Source: an uncultured Acidobacteriota bacterium (GTDB taxonomy: Bacteria; Acidobacteriota; UBA6911). From it: a DNA stretch of 64,000 nt. Position numbers and translations under genes: made by a program. Location of the stretch: NCBI GenBank assembly GCA_963809485.1, contig CAWEJX010000020.1, positions 384,001-448,000 on the forward strand. The letters are read 5' to 3'. The notes beneath the pieces were generated by a model. That model was not told where the DNA came from, made no database searches, and worked only from the letters and a program-made list of their open reading frames with translations. Every line of letters starts with the position of its first letter. Within the stretch, counting starts at the first letter, position 1. This document shows positions 63,476 to 64,000 of this stretch, piece by piece.

Positions 63476-64000
63476 ATGAGCGAAGAAACCAATTCATCCG
63501 TGATCGGGAATTCCGGCACATTGGGAACAAGCAAAACTGCACCCGGTCCCAAGCCCTATTCCAACCCCTATGCCGCCGGTTTCGGATTGGGTCTGGTGCT
63601 CCTTGCTGCGTTTGTAATCGCGGGGCGCGGTCTGGGCGCTTCGGGCGCTTTCAGCTCACTGGTTGCCGCGGCCGCACATGCCATAGCCCCGCAACATACC
63701 GCTGCAAATGGGTTTTACGCGGAATATCTCGGCGACGGGACCGGGAGTCCCCTGATGGACTGGCTGGTTTTTGAGGTTCTGGGGATTTTTGCCGGCGGGC
63801 TGATATCGGGAGCACTGGCGGGCAGAATTGTGAAATCGATAGAGCGCGGGCCATCCATCACCAACAAAAGGCGCCTGATTTTCGCCTTCATCGGCGGATC
63901 TCTCATGGGGATCGGAGCCAAACTGGCGCGCGGCTGCACCAGCGGTCAGGCGCTGACGGGCGGGGCGTTGCTTGGGGTTGGCAGTTGGGCGTTTATGCTG
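63476..64000 (+). CDS. YeeE/YedE sulfur-compound transporter (runs off the window)
   Basis: Manual translation: PYSNPYAAGFGLG...GRGLGASG...GGSLMGIGAKLARGCTSGQALTGG; AAGGAG before ATG. Confidence 0.88.
   Translation, partial: MSEETNSSVIGNSGTLGTSKTAPGPKPYSNPYAAGFGLGLVLLAAFVIAGRGLGASGAFSSLVAAAAHAIAPQHTAANGFYAEYLGDGTGSPLMDWLVFEVLGIFAGGLISGALAGRIVKSIERGPSITNKRRLIFAFIGGSLMGIGAKLARGCTSGQALTGGALLGVGSWAFML

Overview
GC-rich (roughly 55-60% by eye) bacterial chromosomal window, most likely from an Acidobacteriota genome; this is inferred from the Acidobacteria-style TonB-dependent receptor and hypothetical proteins. I saw no rRNA, tRNA or CRISPR array. From left to right: (1) a PafA/Dop (Pup-ligase) family gene missed by the ORF track, which runs off the left edge and lies downstream of a membrane protein and a domain-shuffled PEP-utilising dikinase; (2) acyl-CoA ligase and P-type ATPase; (3) a 1.7-kb run of about six unrelated gene fragments; (4) serine hydrolase, MFS transporter, cupins and an orphan, motif-divergent xanthine-dehydrogenase-family Mo subunit; (5) fur/perR-katG, S9 and M3 peptidases, a J-domain protein and a secreted tail-fibre-like protein; (6) a LysR-controlled operon with a PhlG-family hydrolase, a ferredoxin and a flavoprotein fused to a second PhlG domain; (7) a sucrose-phosphorylase/TonB/esterase catabolic locus full of frameshifts; (8) a UGSC-family selenoprotein split by an in-frame UGA; (9) a sigma54 two-component system and a DUF2202 gene; (10) a psrABC/phs-like operon plus yeeE. 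Two near-identical ~390-bp hairpin elements with IS200/IS605-type ends, and several other short palindromic repeat families, sit in intergenic space. All calls come from motif recognition by eye; no database search was run.
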